From IMG/VR virus record IMGVR_UViG_3300010224_000024: a stretch of DNA of 41,303 nt, one strand, 5' to 3'. Under the pieces are notes generated by a model, which saw only the letters and a program-made list of their open reading frames with translations, ran no database searches and had not been told where the DNA came from. Origin of the DNA: a virus. The stretch's first letter is position 1; the number at the start of each line of letters is the position of its first letter. A program made the translations under genes and the position numbers. Of this stretch, positions 24,965-32,656 are shown one piece after another.

Positions 24965-25507
24965 TCAGACCTCGCAGAGCTTGAAGTTTGCGAAGGAGTT
25001 AAGCGCCGCTCCCGCTACCTCGGTAAGCGACTCAACGATTGACCTTGCCGCCTGATCGGAAAGCGCGCCGACACTGACCCATTCGCCATGGACAGCATCA
25101 GCGGCCATGTGCTTGAGAAGTGCCGCCTCAACGATCAAGGCTTCTTTTTTTGTGCTGAACCAAGCTGAGTACGTCCAGAGCTTCGGCAGCGGATTGCCTG
25201 TCTTTATCCCGGCCATGCGTGCCTTCACGTTCTTCGCCACGCCGATCTTCATATGCGACGCGCGCTCGTTTTCCCCATAGAACGAAAGGTAGACGTAGGT
25301 ATGGTCGCCAGTTGACTCGCACTCCCTCAGCGCGCGGAACATCTCCGTCCGCGTTTGATCGAGATAGCCGGGCGGGAAAGGCATGCGCCTAAGAAACTCG
25401 AACAACTCATAGATCGTAGCCACATGGTCCGACGTGACCTTGTCCTTCAATTGCTGCAAGCCGTAGGCAAGGTTGTTGAAGTCGACCTCTTCAGTCGTTG
25501 CGCTCAT
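24965..25507 (-). CDS. T5orf172 (MUG113, GIY-YIG-like) domain protein, copy B
   Basis: TYVYLSFYGENERASHMKIGVAKNVKARMAGIKTGNPLPKLW...HGEWVSV aligns by eye with copy A. The gene has lower GC than its neighbours. Confidence 0.7.
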   Translation of the reverse strand: MSATTEEVDFNNLAYGLQQLKDKVTSDHVATIYELFEFLRRMPFPPGYLDQTRTEMFRALRECESTGDHTYVYLSFYGENERASHMKIGVAKNVKARMAGIKTGNPLPKLWTYSAWFSTKKEALIVEAALLKHMAADAVHGEWVSVGALSDQAARSIVESLTEVAGAALNSFANFKLCEV

Positions 25508-25965
25508 TGCACACCCCTCTCATGCAAAGCCGTAACCGCCACGCCAAGGGCAGACCATGCGTGGGACGTAACGCCGTAGGTAGGGCCAGGGTTCCGCTTG
25601 TCGCCCGGAGCGCCAACCATTGCGATCAGACCGGCACGGACGTGCTTGTCTTCCGCCTTGCCGGTACCGCATACGTACTTCTTCACTGCCCCGCGTTGAA
25701 TCAGCATCACTTCGTCGGGACACGGCCATACCTGCATCATCCGGCCAATCCAAACGCAGGTATCGAAGACTTCCTGACCCACCGCCATGCCGTAATTGAC
25801 GATGCGCTCAATAGCTAGAATGTCCGCGTCCGTTTTGACAATTAAGTCAAGAATCTCCGCGTTCGGAACCACACCCGAGGCCAGTACGCCACCGTCTTTG
25901 ACGTATTTGGCAAAACCGGATTGATGCGTACCGGGGTCGATGGCGAGAACGGACACGGCGTCCAT
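25504..25965 (-). CDS. RuvC-like Holliday-junction resolvase
   Basis: The likely start is the ATG at 25965 (MDAVSVLAIDPGTHQSGFA...). The opening acidic motif is followed by ILAIERI, as in the RuvC/RusA-position nin-region resolvases. Confidence 0.65.
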   Translation of the reverse strand: MDAVSVLAIDPGTHQSGFAKYVKDGGVLASGVVPNAEILDLIVKTDADILAIERIVNYGMAVGQEVFDTCVWIGRMMQVWPCPDEVMLIQRGAVKKYVCGTGKAEDKHVRAGLIAMVGAPGDKRNPGPTYGVTSHAWSALGVAVTALHERGVQ

Positions 25966-26474
25966 CAGGCAGCCTTCCCAAACGTGCAAACCGTGCCCTT
26001 GCCGATTCCGGTCGGGACCTGCGAAATGATCCGCGCCCGGTTGCTCTCGATCAGCCGGTACATGAGCTTGTGCGCAGCACCACGGCTGATGCCGATGACT
26101 TCCACCAGGTCAGAGATTCGGATGTTCCCCTCGGCCAGCATTTCCTCGGCACGGCGCGTCGGGCTTACCCATCCGTCATCCTTCGGTTGAGCCTTGCGCT
26201 GTGAGCTGGCGGACTTGCCCCCCAGCGAGATACGGCGAGCGATGCGAACGCGGCCCTCAAGTTCGTCCATGCTAGTGCCAGTGCTAAACGGCCCACACAG
26301 CGACGGCGAACACGAACGGCTCAGGCGCTTACCGCACAGCGTCCCGACCTTCGCCATGATGTACCCCTCGTCCTCCACGGCATTGACGATCCACTGGCCG
26401 CCGTGGAAGTCCATGTGCTTCATGATTTCGACTGCCGCCTGCTCAGGGGCGATGGTGGTGATGTGGATGAGCAT
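25965..26474 (-). CDS. Hypothetical protein with a C-terminal HTH
   Basis: The likely ATG at 26474 overlaps the upstream stop (TAATG). The HTH-like segment is ISDLVEVIGISRGAAHKLMYRLIE. Confidence 0.55.
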   Translation of the reverse strand: MLIHITTIAPEQAAVEIMKHMDFHGGQWIVNAVEDEGYIMAKVGTLCGKRLSRSCSPSLCGPFSTGTSMDELEGRVRIARRISLGGKSASSQRKAQPKDDGWVSPTRRAEEMLAEGNIRISDLVEVIGISRGAAHKLMYRLIESNRARIISQVPTGIGKGTVCTFGKAA

Positions 26475-26761
26475 TACTTGACTAGCCTCAGCTTGCCGGC
26501 CTGATACAGCCGGTGATGGGTGATGACGATGGCCCGGTTCAACTCGGCGCGGCTTTCCTCGCGAGTCATGTCGATGTATCGATCCAGGGCCGTGTGACAC
26601 GGGATGCAGAGCGCGGCGGTCTGGTCGGGCGATACCTTCATGCCCATACCCTTGCCCTCGTTACGGTGCGCCCACTGGATGCCGTAGTGACCGCAAAGGG
26701 AGCAGGTTTCCAGGGAGTGCACGGCGGACTGCCAGCGCTTTTCTTCGGCGGTGAGGCTCAT
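26474..26761 (-). CDS. DUF1364 / YbcO-like putative nuclease
   Basis: The cysteine/histidine pattern C-x2-C ... WAH ... ALC-x2-CH..LD parallels lambdoid YbcO-family proteins. Confidence 0.65.
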   Translation of the reverse strand: MSLTAEEKRWQSAVHSLETCSLCGHYGIQWAHRNEGKGMGMKVSPDQTAALCIPCHTALDRYIDMTREESRAELNRAIVITHHRLYQAGKLRLVK

Positions 26762-26973
26762 GCGGCCTCCGCCCTTGATCGGTCTTCATCAAGTACTGAT
26801 CGGATAAAGGAGTTCATGTCGAATCCGGACTGGCAGAACCGCTTTCCATCCATTTGCAAGTACCAGCCACAGCCAATGTCCTGGCAGACGAGGGCTTTGG
26901 AGCCGTCCTGGAAAGAAACCTCGTCCCCAACAGAGGGTGGCTGGAATAGGTGCAGCGAACTCGCGCTTCTCAT
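26758..26973 (-). CDS. Hypothetical protein (71 aa)
   Basis: ORF coupled by overlap in the nin-like region. Confidence 0.5.
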   Translation of the reverse strand: MRSASSLHLFQPPSVGDEVSFQDGSKALVCQDIGCGWYLQMDGKRFCQSGFDMNSFIRSVLDEDRSRAEAA

Positions 26974-27431
26974 GCCGCCCTCCTGGCCTTTTGAGGCCCT
27001 ACGTTTTCCGGGAACTCCAGGCGCACGCCGCGACGGGCGAAGTCGGCCTGCACGGCTTCGGCGTACTTGCTCAGCTGCTCCTTGGTCATCAGCGACGTGA
27101 CCGGAAGCAGGCGCATCACCTGAAGCTTTTGCTCGTAGCTCAGGCCCTTGATGGCGTTGTCATAGGCGAGGCGGAATTCCTCGTTCTCAGCACGCAGGAT
27201 CGGCACGCCGTGGTGGAGCTTGCAGTAGCACTTCCATCCCAGCTCGTCGTCTTCCCGCAGCTCATTCGCTATTTGGGAATACCAAACGTGGGTGACGGCG
27301 TTCTGCGGCAGGCTGCGGTCCTTACCCGTGCGGACGTTCACACGCAGGAACTTGTGCTTGTTCCACGCCTCTCGAATATCTCCAAGCGCACGGCTCAGGG
27401 ATTCGGCGGAGTTGATAACGATGGCGCTCAT
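26970..27431 (-). CDS. ninB: NinB/Orf-family recombination mediator
   Basis: KDRSLPQNAVTHVWYSQIA parallels the lambda NinB segment RNRSLDQNRKLWACLGDVS. The size (153 aa) and the position both fit. Confidence 0.75.
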   Translation of the reverse strand: MSAIVINSAESLSRALGDIREAWNKHKFLRVNVRTGKDRSLPQNAVTHVWYSQIANELREDDELGWKCYCKLHHGVPILRAENEEFRLAYDNAIKGLSYEQKLQVMRLLPVTSLMTKEQLSKYAEAVQADFARRGVRLEFPENVGPQKARRAA

Positions 27432-27721
27432 GCGCCCACCCGCAGATGCTCAGGACGCCAAATGCACTCGCTCCACTCGGTCTTGTCGTAGCAGTCGGTG
27501 GCGGGTTCGAGTTGCCACGAATCGAACAAGCCCCAAACGCCTGGACGGTTTTGTTCAACCAGCCAATCGGCGTCCGCCATGTTCATGAGGCCGTTGCTAG
27601 CGAATTCCCCACACCGTGGATTAGCTTCAACAATGGTGCCTTCGGTTCCTACAAGGCAGGCATTGCTCGGATTTCTAACGTACACAATCCGCACCCTCTG
27701 CCCTACGCGAAACTTGCTCAT
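27428..27721 (-). CDS. Hypothetical protein (97 aa)
   Basis: ATG ORF coupled by overlap. Confidence 0.55.
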   Translation of the reverse strand: MSKFRVGQRVRIVYVRNPSNACLVGTEGTIVEANPRCGEFASNGLMNMADADWLVEQNRPGVWGLFDSWQLEPATDCYDKTEWSECIWRPEHLRVGA

Positions 27722-27960
27722 CGCCTGTTCCCTCGCTTCTGTGCGAATGCCTCGGCCTTGGCTAGTTGCCGCTCACGGGCGAGGAATCGCTTCATCTGGA
27801 ACTGCATCCGCAGCCAGTCCTGACAGACCTTCTGGCAGTTACCGTGCGTGCAGTCGTCGTTGCCGCATTGCTCGGGCAGCGCCTTGACCTCTGCCGCCCA
27901 TTGGCTCGTCGGAAGTGCGCCGATGCGCTGTGCGTGGTGGAGACAGCGGGAGGCGGTCAT
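27718..27960 (-). CDS. Hypothetical Cys-rich protein (80 aa)
   Basis: The likely ATG at 27960 (MTASRCLHHAQ...) overlaps the stop of the upstream 56-aa ORF (ATGA). Confidence 0.5.
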   Translation of the reverse strand: MTASRCLHHAQRIGALPTSQWAAEVKALPEQCGNDDCTHGNCQKVCQDWLRMQFQMKRFLARERQLAKAEAFAQKRGNRR

Positions 27961-28127
27961 ACCTGCCCCGTCGCGTCTTTCCAGGCGCGCAGCCAGCGGT
28001 AAGCCGTGGCGTTGGATACGTCGAAGTGGCCCCGAATGAGGGCCGCAGTAAGCGGCAGGCGGCAGTTGCGGCACCACTCGCCAAACCGAATCCAGAACTC
28101 GGGGCCGTAGAGGTTGCGGGAGGTCAT
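27957..28127 (-). CDS. Small HTH-like protein (56 aa, read by hand)
   Basis: ATGA overlaps at both ends. Translation is MTSRNLYGPEFWIRFGEWCRNCRLPLTAALIRGHFDVSNATAYRWLRAWKDATGQV. Confidence 0.5.
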   Translation of the reverse strand: MTSRNLYGPEFWIRFGEWCRNCRLPLTAALIRGHFDVSNATAYRWLRAWKDATGQV

Positions 28128-28681
28128 TCCTCGTCCTCCCCTTCCGGCGACACGCGCAGGGTTTCCGCGATCTTCGCCAGATGCTCGGCCACGACTTCTG
28201 GTGAGGCGGGCTTGTGTTCCGGCTCCGTCTTTTCGATCAGCGCCACCGGGTTGACCGGGAGTGTGCCGCCCTCCATGACGAACTCGCGGGTGCGCTGGAA
28301 GGCTTCTTCAAGCAACCGATCCGCCACCTTGCCCGACGAATTGCGGTAGCCGTAGGTGTCGAGCCGTGCCAGTACCCCGCGAGCGAACCGGGAAATGATC
28401 GGGCGGACGTCCGGCGCTCCCAGCGGCTTGGTGTACTTCAGGTAATCGACAACCTCACCCCGCACGCTGGCAATCGACGGGATGCCAAGGCACATCGCCT
28501 TGAACTTCGCGGAGCTGGGCGGCCAGTTGTCGGCGCGCAGAACGTCAGCCTCGAAACCCTCGCGCAACTGTTCCGGCGTGATACCGGCCAGCGTCCCGCG
28601 CCACTCTGCCGCCGCGATGCCGTTCGGCTGCGCGCCGAAGTTACTCACCCAGGCGTTGCCGTAGCGGCTAGCCATCCGCAT
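28124..28681 (-). CDS. Replication protein P-like (helicase loader)
   Basis: WRGTLAGITPEQLREGF...NWPPSSAKFKAMCLG parallels lambda P (ENGITTMEQVNAGM...PFLPSPGQFVAWC). The likely start is the ATG at 28681 or 28675, overlapping the end of the O-like gene. Confidence 0.7.
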   Translation of the reverse strand: MRMASRYGNAWVSNFGAQPNGIAAAEWRGTLAGITPEQLREGFEADVLRADNWPPSSAKFKAMCLGIPSIASVRGEVVDYLKYTKPLGAPDVRPIISRFARGVLARLDTYGYRNSSGKVADRLLEEAFQRTREFVMEGGTLPVNPVALIEKTEPEHKPASPEVVAEHLAKIAETLRVSPEGEDEE

Positions 28682-29459
28682 CCACAGTTCGGCAGTAACC
28701 GATTTGGGCAAAGGGCTGGACGTAGTCGTCGTCAGGTTCGCTGGCGAATTGCTCGCGGATGGCCTGCTCGACTTGTTCGACAGCGCTGAGTTTGCGGCTT
28801 GACTGATGGTTTGCATTAGGTTTCTCCGAACGCGGGACGTAAATGCCCTGCCACCCGCTTTCGATGGCGGTTTCGATTAGGAATACCGGGTCATTACCGG
28901 CGAGGCGAAGCTTGACGAGCTTGTTAATCGTTAATTCGGCGGCCCGCTGGGAGAGCGGGCGCTTAATGGAGGCGCGGTGTTCGACCCAATCAGTCCAAGT
29001 CGCCTCCGGAAGCCAGTCGGGCAACGTCACGTCTAACTGACGGTTGCTCTTACGGTTCAATGACGGTTCTTTACGGTTAGGGTGCACCTGCTGCACCGGT
29101 TGGTGCGGGAGCTGCACCGGTACCGGTGCGGGAGCTGCACCGGTTGATGCGGCAGGTGCACCGGTGCTAGAGCTGCACCGGTGCGGGAGCTGCACCGGTT
29201 GAACATATGCGGCAGGCTTCAAGTGGTAGGTCGTGTGCCTGCCATTCGTGCGGTCCGCGATAATCGCGCCCTGCTTTTCAAGCCATGCAATCGCGTCAAT
29301 AACAGCGCGTTTTGAGAAGCACGTCCTCTCGCTAATGGTCATTAGCGACGGCCAGCAATAACCCTGGTCGTTGGCGTTATCCGCCAGCGAGATAAGCACG
29401 GCCTTCTGCGTAGGGGGCATTTGCAGGGGCCAGCACAGGGCCATTACGGCGGTACTCAC
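28668..29459 (-). CDS. Replication initiator (O-like; N-terminal winged HTH)
   Basis: The N-terminus QKAVLISLADNANDQGYCWPSLMTISERTCFSKRAVIDAIAWLEKQGAI is HTH_36-like. A low-complexity linker is encoded by the iteron array. It lies upstream of the P-like gene. Confidence 0.75.
   Translation of the reverse strand: MSTAVMALCWPLQMPPTQKAVLISLADNANDQGYCWPSLMTISERTCFSKRAVIDAIAWLEKQGAIIADRTNGRHTTYHLKPAAYVQPVQLPHRCSSSTGAPAASTGAAPAPVPVQLPHQPVQQVHPNRKEPSLNRKSNRQLDVTLPDWLPEATWTDWVEHRASIKRPLSQRAAELTINKLVKLRLAGNDPVFLIETAIESGWQGIYVPRSEKPNANHQSSRKLSAVEQVEQAIREQFASEPDDDYVQPFAQIGYCRTVDADG
29040..29199. repeat. Origin-of-replication iteron array inside the O-like gene
   Basis: Four phased ACGGTT repeats start at 29040, 29052, 29063 and 29073. 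Six (C/G)TGCACCGGT repeats start at 29091, 29112, 29135, 29156, 29173 and 29190. The 20-mer GGTGCGGGAGCTGCACCGGT occurs 3 times. Confidence 0.8.
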
Positions 29460-29726
29460 TCAGGCAACCTCACTCGGCGCTTTTGAGGCCCTGAAAAGCC
29501 CGCCCTGAAGCGCGCTCAATTCCGCCTGCACCCGGCGAGCGGTTTTCATGTCGTCGGCCAGGGTCGCGGCGGTGACGATGCGGGCAAGGACACGGATGCG
29601 CGCCCGCTTGAACATGTCGCGCACGGCTTCACAGTCGGGAGCCGTCACGTTGACGGGCACGGCAGTACGGTCAAGATGCGGGGAGGTGCGGGCCGAGGGT
29701 TGGCGGAACGGCAAAATGGTGCTCAT
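29460..29726 (-). CDS. Hypothetical protein (88 aa)
   Basis: The likely ATG at 29726 (MSTILPFRQP...) overlaps the stop of the upstream Lar-like ORF. Confidence 0.5.
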   Translation of the reverse strand: MSTILPFRQPSARTSPHLDRTAVPVNVTAPDCEAVRDMFKRARIRVLARIVTAATLADDMKTARRVQAELSALQGGLFRASKAPSEVA

Positions 29727-29899
29727 GCGGCACCCGTGGCGCGCGTATTCCATGCCTCGATGGCTTCTTCCTCGAAAGCCTTGTACGGCCCCTCGATGTA
29801 GCAGTCGATGCAGGACACAAAGGCCCCGTATAACCCCTGAATCTCACCCTTTCCGCCGCAAAACGGGCACGGCTTCAGCTCGATAGGATTCGTGTTCAC
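29723..29899 (-). CDS. Lar-family restriction-alleviation-like zinc-ribbon protein (58 aa, read by hand)
   Basis: The GTG start overlaps the upstream stop (GTGA). Translation is NTNPIELKPCPFCGGKGEIQGLYGAFVSCIDCYIEGPYKAFEEEAIEAWNTRATGAA. It carries the Lar-family pattern KPCPFCGG ... C..C ... EAIEAWNTR. Confidence 0.65.
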   Translation of the reverse strand: MNTNPIELKPCPFCGGKGEIQGLYGAFVSCIDCYIEGPYKAFEEEAIEAWNTRATGAA

Positions 29900-30336
29900 T
29901 TGGCGTCCTCGCCCTGGTCAGTGCCGGCGATGCGCTTGTCCACATAGCGTTCCATCACGCCGTTGGACATAGGAAATTCTTTGGCATATGCGCGCCAACG
30001 CTCGGCATCAGCCATAGCTTGGTCACGCTGCTCGATCAGCTTGCGCACGCCATCAATGGGGCGGCTGCCAGTGGCGCTATTAAGGACGCCAGCCTCACGC
30101 AGCACGTCTTGCAGCTCGCGGTACCGCTCTGCCAGTCCGTAGCGGTGGTGCCACGAATGACACCCGCACTCTGCGTTGTCGCATGGCACAAAGCCGTGGT
30201 TACGCAGGGTGCTCTGCTGGTCACGCAGGCCCCACAGGATCGTTTCCCACGCATCTTGGCCTGACGGGTATTCGCTAAGCACATAGTCCAAGTAGGACTC
30301 GAACTCGCAAACAGCCTTGTCTACGTCGTAATTCAT
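29896..30336 (-). CDS. Hypothetical protein (146 aa)
   Basis: ATG ORF with overlaps at both ends. Confidence 0.6.
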   Translation of the reverse strand: MNYDVDKAVCEFESYLDYVLSEYPSGQDAWETILWGLRDQQSTLRNHGFVPCDNAECGCHSWHHRYGLAERYRELQDVLREAGVLNSATGSRPIDGVRKLIEQRDQAMADAERWRAYAKEFPMSNGVMERYVDKRIAGTDQGEDAK

Positions 30337-30512
30337 TCCCCTTCCCTCCTACGCCAAAAGGCCAGGACGCGCCCTTCCGACTTGGGAAGGACGTACCGAG
30401 CCTTGATGGCTGCTGATATGGCCTGCTCGGCGTACTGTTCGGGGGTTAGCCCTTCGCGCGCTGCGGCCTCGCGGAGTGCGGTCCACTCCGGTTCCGATAG
30501 ATCGAGTTGCAT
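30333..30512 (-). CDS. Small ribbon-helix-helix-like protein (59 aa, read by hand)
   Basis: Translation is MQLDLSEPEWTALREAAAREGLTPEQYAEQAISAAIKARYVLPKSEGRVLAFWRRREGE. ATGA overlap with the next gene. Confidence 0.5.
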   Translation of the reverse strand: MQLDLSEPEWTALREAAAREGLTPEQYAEQAISAAIKARYVLPKSEGRVLAFWRRREGE

Positions 30513-30541
30513 AGGCCCCCCTGAGGCCCTGAGGGGCGACT

Positions 30542-30727
30542 TCAGGCGGCACGGGCATGTTCGGTACCCTGTTCGAGCACCGCGATGCCATGCATCAGCA
30601 GTTCGCGGGCGAAGGCGGCAGGCTGACGACCGTTGACCTTGGCAAGTGCGTAGATCAGGTCGCGCTCGTCGTCGTTGAGGCGGACCTTGATCGGGTTGTC
30701 TCGGACATGACGGGGATCGGCGTACAT
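30542..30727 (-). CDS. Small RHH-type DNA-binding protein at the cII position (61 aa)
   Basis: The likely ATG at 30727 gives MYADPRHVRDNPIKVRLNDDERDLIYALAKVNGRQPAAFARELLMHGI. It lies directly downstream of cro. Confidence 0.55.
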   Translation of the reverse strand: MYADPRHVRDNPIKVRLNDDERDLIYALAKVNGRQPAAFARELLMHGIAVLEQGTEHARAA

Positions 30728-30738
30728 CTCTCGTTCCT

Positions 30739-30969
30739 TCAGGAGGTCTTGTGGTTGGCAGTGGGACTTACGACCCACGGGAAATCCGGCAGCAGGTCTT
30801 GCCGCTTGACTTCGCCTTGGGTGATTTCTTCGATCTGAGCGGCGCGCGCCGGAGGAATGGGGCGTTTCCCGGACTTCCACTGACTGATAAGCTGCGGGCG
30901 GACGCCGAGGCGTCGGGCCAGCTCAGCCTGGGAGCCGACGTAGCGGATTGCTTGATGAAGGGAGTTCAT
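30739..30969 (-). CDS. cro: Cro-like repressor (YdaS/Cro HTH family)
   Basis: MNSLHQAIRYVGSQAELARRLGVRPQLISQWKSGKRPIP. It is divergent from the cI-like gene. An alternative GTG start lies at 30981. Confidence 0.8.
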   Translation of the reverse strand: MNSLHQAIRYVGSQAELARRLGVRPQLISQWKSGKRPIPPARAAQIEEITQGEVKRQDLLPDFPWVVSPTANHKTS

Positions 30970-30974
30970 AGTGG

Positions 30975-31022
30975 TTGACACGGTAAAGCATCACTTTACC
31001 CATGTCAAGCATAACTTGCTTG
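30975..31022. promoter_or_regulatory. Immunity operator and divergent promoter region
   Basis: One inverted repeat pairs TTGACACGGTAAAG (30975-30988) with CTTTACCCATGTCAA (30994-31008), placing a TTGACA -35-like hexamer on each strand. A second inverted repeat pairs CAAGCA (31005-31010) with TGCTTG (31017-31022). Confidence 0.6.
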
Positions 31023-31054
31023 TCGACGGAAGCCCGCAATGGGACCATCCAGCA

Positions 31055-31777
31055 ATGCTTGATGCCAACCAACTAAAAGAGCGCTTCAACCGCGCCATCG
31101 AGGGAATCCCCTCAGCCGCAGCCCGCGTTGCCGAGGCGTGCAACGTCACGCCTCAGGCCGTCAGCCAATGGAAGCGAACGGGGCGCATAGACAAGAAGCA
31201 CTTTGCCGCCCTTTCGGACCTCACTGGCAAGCCGCTTGCATACTGGCTAGGTGAAGACGATCCCGCCTTTGGGATCGCCTTTTCACGGCGGCCCGTAAGC
31301 ATCCCCGCGTACCAGATACGCGGCGTTGACGACGAATCCGCCGATCCCAGCGAGGACGTGATGGTGGATTTGGTTGACGTCGAACTTTCGGCGGGAGGCG
31401 GGCGGACGGTGCCGGAATTCCGACGCACAAAACGAAAGCTCGCCTACTCCCGCGCCTGGCTCCAGAAGAAGCGGCTCCGCGAAGGCGATCTAGTCGTCAT
31501 GCCCGTGCGCGGCGACTCCATGCTGCCTCGGCTGGCTGATGGTGATGCCGTTCTGATCAATCGAGCTGACACACGCATCGTGGACGGCAAGGTCTATGCG
31601 CTCGTCCTAGGGCGCGAGGCGAAGATAAAAACGCTGCGACGGGGCGCGGATGGTTCCCTGATCGTCATGAGCGAGAACACCGATAAGCGCATGTACCCCG
31701 ATGAAGTTGTGGGCGTAGACAGCATCGAAGACGTTTACATCATCGGGCGGGCCGTTCAGCGGAGCGGCGATCTTTAG
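31055..31777 (+). CDS. cI: CI-like repressor (HTH plus S24 LexA-type autopeptidase domain)
   Basis: The likely start is the ATG at 31055. The HTH is VAEACNVTPQAVSQWKRTG. The C-terminal part carries GDSMLPRL (Ser nucleophile) and a downstream Lys (AKIKTLRR). Confidence 0.88.
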   Translation: MLDANQLKERFNRAIEGIPSAAARVAEACNVTPQAVSQWKRTGRIDKKHFAALSDLTGKPLAYWLGEDDPAFGIAFSRRPVSIPAYQIRGVDDESADPSEDVMVDLVDVELSAGGGRTVPEFRRTKRKLAYSRAWLQKKRLREGDLVVMPVRGDSMLPRLADGDAVLINRADTRIVDGKVYALVLGREAKIKTLRRGADGSLIVMSENTDKRMYPDEVVGVDSIEDVYIIGRAVQRSGDL

Positions 31778-31800
31778 GACGAAAAACGAAGGGGGAAAGG

Positions 31801-32226
31801 ATGAAGAAGCTTCTGTTGGTAGCGTTGTCGGCCGCCTTGGCGGCGTGCGCCTCATCTCACGTACTGGTAGGCAAGGCGCGGGCTCCCATCAGTCCGGACC
31901 AGGTGCAGGTATACCTCCAGCCTCCAGCCGGCGCTGAGACTGTCGCTCTACTGGAGGCCAATGACATGGGCGCTAACGGGTTCTCGCAGCAGAGCCGAGT
32001 AAACAAGGTGATGAAGCGCCTCAAGAAGGAAGCGGCAAGCCTCGGGGCTAATGGGATCGTCCTTCAAGGCATGGGCTCGGAGTACGCTGGATCGGTCGGC
32101 AGCGGCTTTGCCACTGGCAACGGTGGCTTTGCCACTGGAATGGGCTTCTCTGCGGCCCAGATGCGCAAGACAGGGCAGGCGGTAGCGGTTTACGTGGCCC
32201 CAAACGTGGCGCAGCCAACCAAGTAA
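31801..32226 (+). CDS. Lipoprotein (moron downstream of cI; superinfection-exclusion or lysogenic-conversion candidate)
   Basis: Signal peptide and lipobox MKKLLLVALSAALAAC. It is co-oriented with cI and followed by a strong terminator. Confidence 0.75.
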   Translation: MKKLLLVALSAALAACASSHVLVGKARAPISPDQVQVYLQPPAGAETVALLEANDMGANGFSQQSRVNKVMKRLKKEAASLGANGIVLQGMGSEYAGSVGSGFATGNGGFATGMGFSAAQMRKTGQAVAVYVAPNVAQPTK

Positions 32227-32248
32227 CCAACTTCCAGAGCAACACCCT

Positions 32249-32275
32249 AGCCCGCCTCGTGCGGGCTTTTTCTTT
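32249..32275 (+). terminator. Rho-independent terminator ending the cI-lipoprotein unit
   Basis: AGCCCGC-CTCGT-GCGGGCT followed by TTTTTCTTT. Confidence 0.85.
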
Positions 32276-32345
32276 GGGCGCCGCCTTTAGATGAACGTAT
32301 CTTAAACACGCAGCAAGCTCTGCTTTACCCGCAATCAACTCCCGC

Positions 32346-32375
32346 TTGACTGACATCAAGTGTTGCTTTAGTCTT
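32346..32375 (+). promoter_or_regulatory. Candidate early-left promoter
   Basis: TTGACT, then a 17-nt spacer, then TAGTCT, upstream of the first plus-strand early ORF (RBS AAGGGGAAGG, ATG at 32407). The call rests on motifs only. Confidence 0.4.
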
Positions 32376-32406
32376 GTTCCCAAGCCAACCAACAAGGGGA
32401 AGGCAG

Positions 32407-32646
32407 ATGGGAACCTGGAAGTCCGATCCGATCCAGCACGGCGAAGCCATTTGGATGGTCATCGCCCACGCGACAGGCATTCACGTCGTCAGCGAGCAAG
32501 GCGACGACACCCATTCCTCTGTCCTCACCCCTGAGAAGGCCCGGCAGCTCGCCGCAAGTCACCTCGCAATTGCCGAGGCGATGAGCAATGCGGCGAACCG
32601 TACAGATGCACTCATCGAAGGCGCGGCCCACAGCCGGGCCATGTAA
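32407..32646 (+). CDS. Hypothetical protein (79 aa), first early-left gene
   Basis: ATG at 32407 with a strong purine-rich RBS. Confidence 0.6.
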   Translation: MGTWKSDPIQHGEAIWMVIAHATGIHVVSEQGDDTHSSVLTPEKARQLAASHLAIAEAMSNAANRTDALIEGAAHSRAM

Positions 32647-32656
32647 GGGGAGAGAG

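Noticed and set aside
29085-29200. Regularly spaced short repeats that could be mistaken for a CRISPR array
   Set aside because: The repeats are only 10-20 bp long with 7-13 bp between them. They lie inside the replication initiator gene, and no cas genes are present. The pattern fits origin iterons.
30349-30591. The 80-aa minus-strand ORF between the cII-position gene and the 146-aa gene
   Set aside because: It has an Arg/Pro-rich, low-complexity translation. A different frame in the same interval gives a cleaner 59-aa RHH-like ORF (30333-30512) with an ATGA overlap to the downstream gene.
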